A stretch of 64,000 nucleotides of DNA from Patescibacteria group bacterium (GTDB lineage: Bacteria; Patescibacteriota; Microgenomatia; UBA8517). Made by a program: the position numbers and the translations under genes. The stretch lies in the NCBI GenBank assembly GCA_038061225.1, contig JBBTZT010000005.1:19646-83645 (forward strand). Reading direction: 5' to 3'. The notes under the pieces are model-generated. The model was given only the letters and a program-made list of their open reading frames with translations, was not told the origin of the DNA and did no database searches. Shown here piece by piece: positions 31,363-40,636 of the stretch (within the stretch, counting starts at the first letter, position 1; each line of letters opens with the position of its first letter).

Positions 31363-31800
31363 ATGCTTGAAACTCCACATGTAGCCTTGGGTGTTGCGAT
31401 AGCCGTTGCAATTCCCAATCCTCTTATCTCAATTCCACTAGCTTTTGCTAGCCACTTTGTTCTTGACATGACTCCTCATTGGAATCCCCATCTAAATACT
31501 GAAACAAAAAAATATGGATATTTAACAAACAAAACTCTATTAATTATTGGAATAGACTTAGCTTGTGCAGCAATATTAACTGCCTTTGTATCAAAAGGTA
31601 ATATGAATATACTTCTGGTTGCCTTTGTATCTATTTTACCTGATGTTGTTGAAGGACCATATTTTTTGCTTGGATGGAAAAATGAGCTTATTAAAAAATG
31701 GATAAATTTTCAAAAATCAATTCAATCTGAAGCTAATCTTTTCTGGGGACTTTTAACACAAGTTTTAGTCATCCTTGGAGCGCTCTACATAATCTCCTGA
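31363..31800 (+). CDS. Membrane protein, unknown function
   Basis: 145 aa with 4 TM segments. Confidence 0.35.
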   Translation: MLETPHVALGVAIAVAIPNPLISIPLAFASHFVLDMTPHWNPHLNTETKKYGYLTNKTLLIIGIDLACAAILTAFVSKGNMNILLVAFVSILPDVVEGPYFLLGWKNELIKKWINFQKSIQSEANLFWGLLTQVLVILGALYIIS

Positions 31801-32343
31801 TCTTGTATCTACTCTTATCATTTCTCCCGCTTTAATAAAAAGTGGAACTTTTACAGTTAATCCATTTTCCATTACAGCTGATTTTAAATAGTTACTGGCA
31901 GTATTTCCCTTAACTCCAGGGTCACATTCAACTACTTTTAACGTTATTTTTGAAGGTAAATCAACAGACATGGCACGTTTTCCCCAAAACAAAATATCGC
32001 ATTCTCCCCCTTCTTTAATATAATTTACATCGCTTCCTAAAATTACTAATGGAACCTCGATTTGTTCATAAGTACTAGTATTCATAAAATAGGCAATTTT
32101 TGTATCTTTGTATAAATATTGGAGTTTCTTTTTGTTTAAAGTTATAAGTTCAAAAGAAAGATTGCTTGAAAAAGCATGTTCGACATTGGCAAATGTCTCA
32201 AGATTTAGACAATTTACACGAACTGTGGCACCACCTCTACCCATTTTAATAAGCTGGTATTTTGTTACTTTAAATGGTTTACCTTCATATAAAAATGATG
32301 TTCCACTTCTTAATTCTGTTGCATTAACATTTGCCATTGACAA
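31765..32343 (-). CDS. efp: Elongation factor P
   Basis: It is EF-P-like throughout (KPFKVTKYQLIKMGRGGATVRVNCLN... with a KOW-like N-domain). Confidence 0.8.
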   Translation of the reverse strand: MSMANVNATELRSGTSFLYEGKPFKVTKYQLIKMGRGGATVRVNCLNLETFANVEHAFSSNLSFELITLNKKKLQYLYKDTKIAYFMNTSTYEQIEVPLVILGSDVNYIKEGGECDILFWGKRAMSVDLPSKITLKVVECDPGVKGNTASNYLKSAVMENGLTVKVPLFIKAGEMIRVDTRSGDYVERSKDD

Positions 32344-32359
32344 AAGATTATATCATTAC

Positions 32360-32623
32360 TTATGCATTTAGAAAAACTGCATTTTGAAGCTCTTCAATTT
32401 GATCAGAATGTATTTTAATTCTACCCGATTGCATAGTTTCTTCCTCATCAAATTTCTTAACCAAACCCGCAATACTATCGAGCTGAGTCATCATTTTATC
32501 AAATCTTTTTTCTGCGAGAACCTCGGCTTGATCAAATTTTTTTTCTAATCTCTTTTCAGAATCACCAACAACACGATATACAAAATTTTCTGTAGCAACA
32601 CTTGTTTTTGAAGACTTTGTCAT
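32360..32623 (-). CDS. Hypothetical protein (87 aa, coiled-coil-like)
   Basis: ORF only. Confidence 0.25.
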   Translation of the reverse strand: MTKSSKTSVATENFVYRVVGDSEKRLEKKFDQAEVLAEKRFDKMMTQLDSIAGLVKKFDEEETMQSGRIKIHSDQIEELQNAVFLNA

Positions 32624-32678
32624 GTTTTTAATATATTCTTTGAAAACAAAAGTGTCAATGATACAATAGGTGTCAGAT

Positions 32679-32762
32679 GGTGCGGTGCTGAAATTGGTAT
32701 ACAGTCAGGTCTCAAAAACCTGTGGTAGCAATACCGTGAGGGTTCGACCCCCTCCCGCACCA
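32679..32762 (+). tRNA. tRNA-Leu (anticodon CAA)
   Basis: Hand fold: acceptor GGTGCGG/CCGCACC, discriminator A. The anticodon stem is CAGGT/ACCTG with loop CTCAAAA. There is a long 15-nt variable arm, a T-arm GAGGG-TTCGACC-CCCTC, and no encoded CCA. Confidence 0.8.
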
Positions 32763-32768
32763 CAAAAA

Positions 32769-34091
32769 TTAATTTTTGTGTTTTGAATCTCTTGAAAAAA
32801 ATTTAATTCTATCCCCTTTGAAGAATAATGGGACAGAGGCTAGTGGTCCATTTCTATGTTTTGCAATATCAAGCATTATATTTTCATTATTTTCATCATC
32901 CTCTCGCCACAAAAACATAACAACGTCAGCATCTTGTTCTATAGATCCACTCTCTCTTAGGTCCGAAAGTTGGGGCTTTTTAATATTTCTTGATTCAACA
33001 CCACGGGATAACTGTGAAAGTGCTAAAACTGGAATTTTAAGTTCACGAGCAAGATTTTTAAGTCCTTGTGAAATTTCTGAAACTTCTTGTACTCTATTTT
33101 CTAAACTCCTACTTCTTGCAAGTTGTAAGTAATCAACAACTATTAAATCTAGACCTTGTTCTACTTGAAGCCTTCTTGCTTTTGTTCTCATTTCAAGGAT
33201 GGAAAGTGCCGGAGTGTCATCAATATATAATTTAGATTCAGCCAAAATACCATAGGCGTTAGAAAGTTTTGTAAAATCTTCTTCACTAAGTTTCCCTGTT
33301 TTTAATCTCCAGGCATCGATATCTGCTTGAGCAATTGAAAGTCTATCTACCAATTCTTCCTTACTCATTTCTAGAGAAAAATAACCTACGGTTCGTTTAC
33401 CTATAACCGAAGCATGTTGTGAAATATTTAAAGCAAAAGCTGTTTTTCCAACTCCAGGTCTTGCGGCCAATATCACCAAATTACTTTTTTGTAAGCCCGC
33501 AAGTGCATTATCAAGATCTATAAACCCTGTTGCAATGCCTCTTAACCCTTCACCTTGTTTGTGAAGTTCATCAAGCCTGTCAAAACTTTCAGCTAAAGTG
33601 TCGCGAACTAAAGTAAAAGCTTTAGTTAAATGTTTTTGGGTTAGAGAAAAAACTTCTGATTCTGCTCTGTCTAATAAGTCAGCTGAGGACATTCCTTCAT
33701 CAAGTGAAAACTCAACAAGTCTGGTTGCAGCTTTCATTAAAGATCTTTTAACTGATTGATCTTTAACTATTTTTCCATAATGTTCGACGTGCGCTGCTGT
33801 AGGAACTTTATTGACAATATTAGTTAAATAAGATGCTCCTCCTATTTTTTTTAAATCTTTTTGTTTTTTTAATCTTTCAGCAACTGTTAAAACATCAACG
33901 GGAGTTCTTTCTTCATAAAGAGATAATATAGCTTGATAAATTTCTTTATGTCGTTCATCATAGAAATCATCTGGAGATAAAAATTCAGCAACAGCTATTA
34001 CTGCATCTTTATCCAATAGAAGTGCTCCAAGGACACTTTCCTCTGCTTCTACCGAATGCGGTGGTACTTTAACCTGATTTGTATCTGCCAT
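32769..34091 (-). CDS. dnaB: Replicative DNA helicase DnaB
   Basis: It has a DnaB N-domain (VPPHSVEAEESVLGALLLD), a RecA-like domain with Walker A GVGKT and a C-terminal motif. The start is probably MADTNQ. Confidence 0.9.
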   Translation of the reverse strand: MADTNQVKVPPHSVEAEESVLGALLLDKDAVIAVAEFLSPDDFYDERHKEIYQAILSLYEERTPVDVLTVAERLKKQKDLKKIGGASYLTNIVNKVPTAAHVEHYGKIVKDQSVKRSLMKAATRLVEFSLDEGMSSADLLDRAESEVFSLTQKHLTKAFTLVRDTLAESFDRLDELHKQGEGLRGIATGFIDLDNALAGLQKSNLVILAARPGVGKTAFALNISQHASVIGKRTVGYFSLEMSKEELVDRLSIAQADIDAWRLKTGKLSEEDFTKLSNAYGILAESKLYIDDTPALSILEMRTKARRLQVEQGLDLIVVDYLQLARSRSLENRVQEVSEISQGLKNLARELKIPVLALSQLSRGVESRNIKKPQLSDLRESGSIEQDADVVMFLWREDDENNENIMLDIAKHRNGPLASVPLFFKGDRIKFFSRDSKHKN

Positions 34092-34095
34092 TTTT

Positions 34096-34590
34096 TTAGT
34101 CTGTAAGAACAACTATTTGGGCAGTTGAGTCCTCAACCAATTCTTCTTTTTTAATTGAAAACTTATTCATTTTTTCTACAACTAATCCACTTTCCTTTAA
34201 GAATTTCTCTAATTCTTCTTCTGTTTTGTATCCAAAAGGAATAATATAATAACTCTCAAGTTGCTGGGTCATTTCAATTGATTCATCAGTAACTGGAACT
34301 AATAAAATATCAACATCTCCAATTTGTGATAGTTTGCTGTCTGTTAATTTTTTTGTTAAACCGTCTAAATTACAAACTCTAAACCCATCAATCTCATAGA
34401 CAAAGACTGTCCCCTCTTCAGTTTTCACACCAACAACTGAAATTTCACTTACTTCATATTCTCCAGCTCCTTTTAATTCTTTTGAAGTGTTGCCATCTAA
34501 TGATTCAATTAATACTCCATTTGCTTTAGAATAAAGAATTCCTGTCTTGCCTTTAATTTTAAATTGATTATCTTTATAGACTATTTCCAT
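34096..34590 (-). CDS. Hypothetical protein (164 aa)
   Basis: ORF only. It is not L9-like despite its position upstream of dnaB. Confidence 0.3.
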   Translation of the reverse strand: MEIVYKDNQFKIKGKTGILYSKANGVLIESLDGNTSKELKGAGEYEVSEISVVGVKTEEGTVFVYEIDGFRVCNLDGLTKKLTDSKLSQIGDVDILLVPVTDESIEMTQQLESYYIIPFGYKTEEELEKFLKESGLVVEKMNKFSIKKEELVEDSTAQIVVLTD

Positions 34591-34660
34591 AGTATTGTCA
34601 TTCTAACTATTTAAGTCTCGCTTGACAAGATGGTAGTTTTTAAGGTTTAATAGCCACTAC

Positions 34661-35524
34661 ATGCGAAAAGAAGTAATTTTTGCAATAATTGCAGGCATAT
34701 CAATCGGCCTTATTGTTGCTTTTGGAGCTTGGAGAGTAACAAGAGCAATTAAAAAAAATGCTGAAATTGTTGATATTAAAAAAGATACGCCTCCTAAAAA
34801 CCAAGTTTCACTAGCTATTAGTAATCTATATGACTATGATGTTATAACTAGTTCAAAAGTCAAAATTGCTGGACTAGCAAAGAGAAACTCCGATCTTATT
34901 ATCTCCACTTCTGATGAAGACTTTTTTGGTATATCAGATGCTGATGGAGCATTTGAAATAGAAATAAGTTTACCTGCTGGAATTTCTGAAGTTAATATAA
35001 ATGATCCAGTAAATAAAATAGTTGAAAAAATAATACTTGTTTATTCAACTGAATTTGAAAAATATATAAAAACAGATGAAAAATTAAAGACTACATCATA
35101 TGTTGGTACAGTCACAGATATTTCTTCTGGAACGATTCAAATAAAAACAGTTAAAGGAGATATTGAACAAATGTCAATTGTGGAGGAAACAAGTTATGTT
35201 AACACCTTGAAAAAAAATACTGAGGTTAAATCTACAGATATTGCAATTGGAGATTATATCGTAGCGATGGGTTTTGTTAATGGAAACAAAGTTTTAGATG
35301 CAAAAAGAATTTTAATTACAAGCCCTTTAGAAGAAAACAAATATTCAGCAAAAGAAATTACAATTGAAACACTTTCAAAAACAAAAATTAATGATATTAC
35401 CCTACCTAAAAAATGGGTTGGCCCAAATGTAAGTGAACTTGAAGTTGGACAAACAATAATTGTTGTGGGAACAAGCGAAAATGAAAAATACTCTTTAAGA
35501 AGTATCTTCACTACTGTAGAATAA
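34661..35524 (+). CDS. Membrane-anchored hypothetical protein
   Basis: It has an N-terminal TM followed by a beta-rich extracellular-looking region. Confidence 0.3.
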   Translation: MRKEVIFAIIAGISIGLIVAFGAWRVTRAIKKNAEIVDIKKDTPPKNQVSLAISNLYDYDVITSSKVKIAGLAKRNSDLIISTSDEDFFGISDADGAFEIEISLPAGISEVNINDPVNKIVEKIILVYSTEFEKYIKTDEKLKTTSYVGTVTDISSGTIQIKTVKGDIEQMSIVEETSYVNTLKKNTEVKSTDIAIGDYIVAMGFVNGNKVLDAKRILITSPLEENKYSAKEITIETLSKTKINDITLPKKWVGPNVSELEVGQTIIVVGTSENEKYSLRSIFTTVE

Positions 35525-35528
35525 ATAT

Positions 35529-36401
35529 ATGCAAAAAGGACCAGTAACACCAAAGGGTTTTGTAGACATGTTGCCAGAAACTGCAGCAAGGCGTAGGGTG
35601 TTTATAAATAAAATTAGTCTTGTTTTAGAAAAATATGATTTTGTTCCCCTTGAAACCCCTATTGTAGAGTTTGCAGAAACTCTACTTGGAAAATATGGTG
35701 AAGAAGAAAAATTAATATATACTTTTGAAGATAAAGGAGGAAGAAAGCTTGCTTTAAGGTATGATTTAACTGTTCCTTTAGCTCGATTTGTTGCTAATAA
35801 TTTAGGTTTATTAAAACCAACTTTTTCAAGATATCAAATTGGTCAAGTCTTTAGAGGTGAAAAACCACAAAAAGGGAGGTCGAGAGAATTAACACAATTT
35901 GACTATGATATTGTTGGAAGTAATAACCTGCAAGAAGACGCTAGGATTATAGCTGCAGCAATTGATGGATTTAGAATAATAGGTTTAACAAAATCTAAAA
36001 TGGCAGTTAACGATCGGGTAAATTTTAAAGACTTACCTGTTGAAGACATAAGACTAATTGACAAAATGCACAAGATAGGTAAGGAAAATTTGCCATCAAA
36101 CTTAATTGATTTTGTAAATTTGGCAAAGCCTACCGACAATTTAGTTAAAATATTTAAAGTTTTAAAAGAGGATTATAAATTAGTCGAAAATAAAGATTTC
36201 TTTTTTGATCCAACTCTTGCAAGAGGGCTTGATTACTACACCAGTACTGTTTTTGAAATGAAACTAAATGGGCTCCCCTCTGATTTATCAATCGGTGGTG
36301 GAGGTAGATATGACAATTTAATTGGTATGTTTGCAGGACGCCAAATTCCTGCAGTCGGATTTTCCTTTGGAATTGATCGAATTATAGAATTAACAAATTA
36401 A
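35529..36401 (+). CDS. Histidyl-tRNA synthetase-like protein, class II catalytic core only (HisZ-like, no anticodon-binding domain)
   Basis: 290 aa with HisRS motifs 1-3 (RYDLTVPLARF, RGLDYYTSTVFE, GGGRYDNL...PAVGFSFGIDRI). The ORF ends right after the catalytic domain. Confidence 0.6.
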   Translation: MQKGPVTPKGFVDMLPETAARRRVFINKISLVLEKYDFVPLETPIVEFAETLLGKYGEEEKLIYTFEDKGGRKLALRYDLTVPLARFVANNLGLLKPTFSRYQIGQVFRGEKPQKGRSRELTQFDYDIVGSNNLQEDARIIAAAIDGFRIIGLTKSKMAVNDRVNFKDLPVEDIRLIDKMHKIGKENLPSNLIDFVNLAKPTDNLVKIFKVLKEDYKLVENKDFFFDPTLARGLDYYTSTVFEMKLNGLPSDLSIGGGGRYDNLIGMFAGRQIPAVGFSFGIDRIIELTN

Positions 36402-36402
36402 G

Positions 36403-37308
36403 ATGAACCCAGCTAGACTTCGCGCCTACTTAATGCTTTTGGTTGTTGCGGTTATTTGGGGTATTGCCTCGCCTGTCATTAAATATACACTGGGAGGCTT
36501 TGACCCTTTAACATTTTTAACTTATCGTTTTGGAATCTCATCAATAATATCAATTGTTATATTTTTGATAATTGGTTTTAAACTCCCTAATAATTTAAAG
36601 GATATTGCTTTGTTAATTATTTATGGCCTTTTGGCTTCATCAATTTCTCTTGCGCTTTTGTTTTTTGGTTTAAAAAATACTACAGTTCTTGATTCAAGCC
36701 TAATTACACTTTCAGATCCACTTATAATTTCAATTGCAGGAGTTTATTTTTTAAAGGAACGAATTTCAAAAAGAGAAAGGATTGGAATATCAATAGCAAT
36801 TATTGGAACACTATTGACAATAGTTGAGCCTTTGATTCAAAACGGCAATGGTCATTTAAGATTTTCAGGAAATTTAATGATTATTGCATATGCAATAATT
36901 GTTGCAGGAACTGCAGTCTTGGGCAAAATACTACTAAGACGTGGGGTTCCCGCTTCGACAATGACAGCTTTATCCTTTATATTAGGGTTTATTTCACTTT
37001 TGCCGTTTTGGTTTAACTCTGGAACTTCCCTAAATACTATGTATAACACACCATACACTTTTCATCTTGGAGTTTTCTACATGGCTGTTATTTCAGGGAG
37101 CTTAGCTTTTTATCTTTCAAACAGAGCCCAAAAGTCAATTGAGATTGGTGAACAAGCGATTTTTGGTTATATGTATCCAATATTTGCAGCACCGTTAGCC
37201 GTATTATGGCTTGGTGAAAAGATAACGCCAATGTTTATAATTGGGGCAGTAATTATTACAATTGGAGTAGCTGTTGCTGAGATCAAGAAGAAACGGTATA
37301 ATATCTAA
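36403..37308 (+). CDS. EamA/DMT-superfamily transporter
   Basis: 301 aa with 10 TM segments and duplicated EamA-like halves. Confidence 0.6.
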   Translation: MNPARLRAYLMLLVVAVIWGIASPVIKYTLGGFDPLTFLTYRFGISSIISIVIFLIIGFKLPNNLKDIALLIIYGLLASSISLALLFFGLKNTTVLDSSLITLSDPLIISIAGVYFLKERISKRERIGISIAIIGTLLTIVEPLIQNGNGHLRFSGNLMIIAYAIIVAGTAVLGKILLRRGVPASTMTALSFILGFISLLPFWFNSGTSLNTMYNTPYTFHLGVFYMAVISGSLAFYLSNRAQKSIEIGEQAIFGYMYPIFAAPLAVLWLGEKITPMFIIGAVIITIGVAVAEIKKKRYNI

Positions 37309-37338
37309 CATAAGCAAATAGCTTGTGACATAAATATC

Positions 37339-37650
37339 ATGAAAGCAAACATACATCCAAAATGGTTTAAGACATCAAAAGTAAGCTGTGCCTGTGGTAA
37401 TACATTCATAGTGGGTGCCGTAATTCCAGAAATAAATGTTGAAGTTTGTTCTGTCTGTCATCCATTTTATACAGGTCAAATGAAATATCTTGATGCTGCG
37501 GGAAGAGTTGAAAGTTTTAAACAAAAATTATCACAAGCTTCAAAAAAGGTTATTTCAAAATCTGAAAAAAGAAAAATTAAACAAGAAAAAAGAATTAGAG
37601 AAGAAATGAGTAGACCAGATTCACTTGAACAACTTCGAAAGAATGTTTAA
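37339..37650 (+). CDS. rpmE: Ribosomal protein L31 with Lys-rich C-terminal extension
   Basis: MKANIHPKWF...CACGN...CSVCHPFYTGQ is the L31 zinc-ribbon. It is followed by a 33-aa extension. Confidence 0.8.
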   Translation: MKANIHPKWFKTSKVSCACGNTFIVGAVIPEINVEVCSVCHPFYTGQMKYLDAAGRVESFKQKLSQASKKVISKSEKRKIKQEKRIREEMSRPDSLEQLRKNV

Positions 37651-38341
37651 TCAAACTACATATATTGAAATTCGTGGTGCTACAGGTGGAGATGAAGCCA
37701 AACTTTGGGGGCAAGATCTTCTTCGTATGTATTCTAGGTTTGCTACAAAAAAAAATTGGAAGCAATCACAAATTGATGATTTAACTCTAAAAATAACAGG
37801 GCCAGCTGTTTTTGATGAGCTGAAAAATGAGTCGGGGGTACATAGAGTTCAAAGAGTTCCAACAACAGAAAAAAGAGGTAGGATTCACACATCAACTGCA
37901 ACAGTTGTAGTACTCCCAGAGGTAGCAGAAACTGATGTTAAAATTAACCCCAGTGACCTAGAGTGGCAATTTACAACTGCTGGTGGACATGGTGGACAAA
38001 ATGTCAACAAGGTGTCTACCGCTGTTAGACTACGACACGTACCTTCCGGCATAGTGGTGCAAGCAAGAGAAGAAAGATTTCAAGAACAAAATAGAATTAT
38101 AGCTCTTGCCTTACTTCGAACAAAACTATTTGAAAAACAGGAAGAAGAAAAATTAAAAACAATTGCAGGATATCGATCTGTTATTGGAAGTGGTAAGAGA
38201 AGCGAAAAAATACGCACTTATAACTATCCACAAGATAGAATAACTGATCACAGACTTAAAAAGTCTTGGGGAAATTTGGAAAGTATCGTTGATGGTAGTT
38301 TAGAGAAAGTTGTGGAACTTACTAAATTACTTTATATCTAA
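37625..38341 (+). CDS. prfA: Peptide chain release factor 1-like (domains 2-4 only)
   Basis: It has a GGQ motif (GGHGGQNVNKVSTAVRL) and an RF1-type PxT tripeptide (QRVPTTE). About 100 aa of N-terminal domain 1 is missing. It overlaps rpmE in the +1 frame. Confidence 0.7.
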   Translation: MNNFERMFNQTTYIEIRGATGGDEAKLWGQDLLRMYSRFATKKNWKQSQIDDLTLKITGPAVFDELKNESGVHRVQRVPTTEKRGRIHTSTATVVVLPEVAETDVKINPSDLEWQFTTAGGHGGQNVNKVSTAVRLRHVPSGIVVQAREERFQEQNRIIALALLRTKLFEKQEEEKLKTIAGYRSVIGSGKRSEKIRTYNYPQDRITDHRLKKSWGNLESIVDGSLEKVVELTKLLYI

Positions 38342-39603
38342 TTACTATTCACTTGTTTTATTGCTTCTTGAAGTTGTTCGTCTTCGGTTGTCTCATCTTT
38401 ATCAGAAACAACAACATCAGGTTCAATTCCTTTTTCATTTACCCATATTCCCTTTGGTGTTAACCATTTTGCAATTGTAATATGTAATGATGATCCTTTT
38501 TCAAGTTGTAATGGTTCTTGTATTGTCCCTTTTCCAAATGTTTTTTCCCCTACTAATTTATAGCCTTTAATTTCAGATAGTGCTCCTGCTAATATTTCAG
38601 AAGCTGATGCGCTTCCACCATTAACCAAAATTACAACTTTCATATTGCCAAATTTTCCAATTCTATTTGATGCAAAATTATTTTTTGTTTGCCCTTTCTC
38701 CTCAATTACTATAATTGAATCCTTTTTTACAAATTCGCCTGCAATATCAACAGCACCTTGTAAATATCCACCTGGGTTATTTCTTACATCGAGCACGATG
38801 TTCATAATCTGAGGTTTATGGTTTATCACCTCTGAAACTGCTTTTTGCCATTCTGAATTAGTATCAGCACCAAACTTGAGCAATTTAATATGAGCTATTG
38901 AGCCTACCTGGCCATTGGTTGGGTCAATAAAAGTGGTGATAACAGATGGTACATCTAAACTTTCTCTTGTAATTTCTACCTTTATTGGTTCATCTTTTCC
39001 ATCACGAATAAGTAAAAGTGTAACTTTAGTTCCAGCCTTGCCTCTTATTAATTTTACAGCGTCTGAAAGTGTAATTCCAAATGTCCCGATATCAACTCCC
39101 TTAACAGAATCGGCAATTCCAACTATAAAATCTCCAGCTTTTACTCCTTCTTTTTCAGCAGGAGATCCGAGTAGTGGCGCAATTACAGCTAAGTTTTTAC
39201 CCTTAAATCCAATTTGAATTCCAACTCCTTCAAATGAACCAGAAAGATCTTCTTCAACAACTTTATTTTCTTCAGGTGGAAGAAAAGCGGTGTAAGGATC
39301 ACCTAAAGAAGCAACCATTCCAGAAATTGCTCCATATATCATTTTTTGAGGACTTATTTTTGATCTATCATAGTATGAGTTTTCAAGAGTATCCCAAATT
39401 CTCCAAAATAAAGAAAAATCAACATCTCTTTTGTCCTCTGGAATTTCTCTTGATATTTTTACTTTTGGAAAAGAAACTGTTTCAAGCTTAAAACCGTTAG
39501 TTCCTAAGGTATAGCCAGAAATAAAAATTAATCCTATTACTACAGAAGATAATATTACTTTTCTAACGGCAGGATAATTCATAACGCTTACGTTGAATTT
39601 CAT
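38338..39603 (-). CDS. C-terminal processing peptidase (S41 family) with PDZ domain
   Basis: It has the S41 serine region GGSASASEILAGAL, a PDZ domain and an N-terminal TM. Confidence 0.8.
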   Translation of the reverse strand: MKFNVSVMNYPAVRKVILSSVVIGLIFISGYTLGTNGFKLETVSFPKVKISREIPEDKRDVDFSLFWRIWDTLENSYYDRSKISPQKMIYGAISGMVASLGDPYTAFLPPEENKVVEEDLSGSFEGVGIQIGFKGKNLAVIAPLLGSPAEKEGVKAGDFIVGIADSVKGVDIGTFGITLSDAVKLIRGKAGTKVTLLLIRDGKDEPIKVEITRESLDVPSVITTFIDPTNGQVGSIAHIKLLKFGADTNSEWQKAVSEVINHKPQIMNIVLDVRNNPGGYLQGAVDIAGEFVKKDSIIVIEEKGQTKNNFASNRIGKFGNMKVVILVNGGSASASEILAGALSEIKGYKLVGEKTFGKGTIQEPLQLEKGSSLHITIAKWLTPKGIWVNEKGIEPDVVVSDKDETTEDEQLQEAIKQVNSN

Positions 39604-39605
39604 AA

Positions 39606-39845
39606 TTAGAAGGGCAATAAAGCCAAAAACCTTGCTCTTTGTATTTCAACTGCCATTTTTCTTTGATGTTTAGCACAAATTCCACTTCTTTCTCTTGAGA
39701 GAATTCTACCCCTATCTGACAAAAATTTTGATAGTATTTCGTAACTTTTATATGAAGGCAATGTTTTTGTCTCACAAAAAAGACACTTTGTAGAAATTGG
39801 TCTTTCTTTTCTTATTTGTTTTTTGAATTTCTTTTTAGCTGGCAT
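39606..39845 (-). CDS. rpsR: Ribosomal protein S18
   Basis: It has S18 signature sequence (ISTKCLFC...RGRILSRERSGICAKHQRKMAVEIQRARFLALLPF). Confidence 0.85.
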   Translation of the reverse strand: MPAKKKFKKQIRKERPISTKCLFCETKTLPSYKSYEILSKFLSDRGRILSRERSGICAKHQRKMAVEIQRARFLALLPF

Positions 39846-39866
39846 AATTAAATAACAGTTTTCAAC

Positions 39867-40304
39867 TTAAAAAGGGATGTCATCGCTAGTTACTTCTTCA
39901 GTTTTAGGTTCTTTGGGTTCATCTGGAACGTTAAATTCCTGATTTTCAGATTCCATTGATTCCCCCACTGGTTTAGAATCAAGAAGTATCATATCTGAAA
40001 GTACGACTTCTGTCATATACTTTGTTTGTCCATCTTTATCTTGCCATGATCTTGTTTGAAGTCTTCCCTCTACATATACTTTTCTTCCTTTTTTAAGTAA
40101 TTGTCCACAAATTTCAGCAAGTTTATTCCAAGCAACTAGTCGATGAAAATCTGCTTCATCTTTTTTCTCTCCTGTATCAGTTGTCCAACTTCTATTTGTT
40201 GCCAGTGAAACAGTACAAACTGCAGCACCAGTTGGAGTATATTTTAATTCTGGGTCGCGTGTTAAATTACCAATTAATTGTACTTTGTTTAATGATTTTG
40301 CCAT
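39867..40304 (-). CDS. ssb: Single-stranded DNA-binding protein
   Basis: It has an OB fold and the acidic C-terminal tail DDIPF. Confidence 0.85.
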   Translation of the reverse strand: MAKSLNKVQLIGNLTRDPELKYTPTGAAVCTVSLATNRSWTTDTGEKKDEADFHRLVAWNKLAEICGQLLKKGRKVYVEGRLQTRSWQDKDGQTKYMTEVVLSDMILLDSKPVGESMESENQEFNVPDEPKEPKTEEVTSDDIPF

Positions 40305-40306
40305 TT

Positions 40307-40624
40307 CTATTTATTTTCTTCTTTGACAAGTAAATATCTTAATATATTATCTTCTGCTTTTAATTTGATGTCTAGCTGTTTGATTGATTTAGCTTTAAGT
40401 TCTAGAGGAATATGCAAGTAAGTCCCTTGACTATTTTTTTTGATTTGGTGAAATAATTCCTTAACTCCCCAATCTTCTGCTTTTTCTATTTTGCCTTCAA
40501 GCATTTTAATATTCTTTTCAAGTGTTTCTAAAACAGTCTTTTTCTTGGCACTTGTAGCCTTGCCTTCTAAAATTATTGTAAGTCCATATTTACCAGCGGA
40601 GCTGGCCAAGCTTTGCTTATTCAT
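40307..40624 (-). CDS. rpsF: Ribosomal protein S6
   Basis: It has the S6 EDWG motif and sits in the conserved rpsF-ssb-rpsR gene order. Confidence 0.7.
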   Translation of the reverse strand: MNKQSLASSAGKYGLTIILEGKATSAKKKTVLETLEKNIKMLEGKIEKAEDWGVKELFHQIKKNSQGTYLHIPLELKAKSIKQLDIKLKAEDNILRYLLVKEENK

Positions 40625-40636
40625 TCCGCCATTATA

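Noticed and set aside
32624-32768. Additional tRNAs around the tRNA-Leu
   Set aside because: Only one cloverleaf could be folded by hand. The flanks lack T-loop or acceptor signatures.
37339-37650. rpmE-prfA as a single fused or frameshifted gene
   Set aside because: L31 homology ends ~35 codons before the overlap, and the RF homology begins only after it. The two are different proteins in different frames. The overlap is described as a finding rather than merged.
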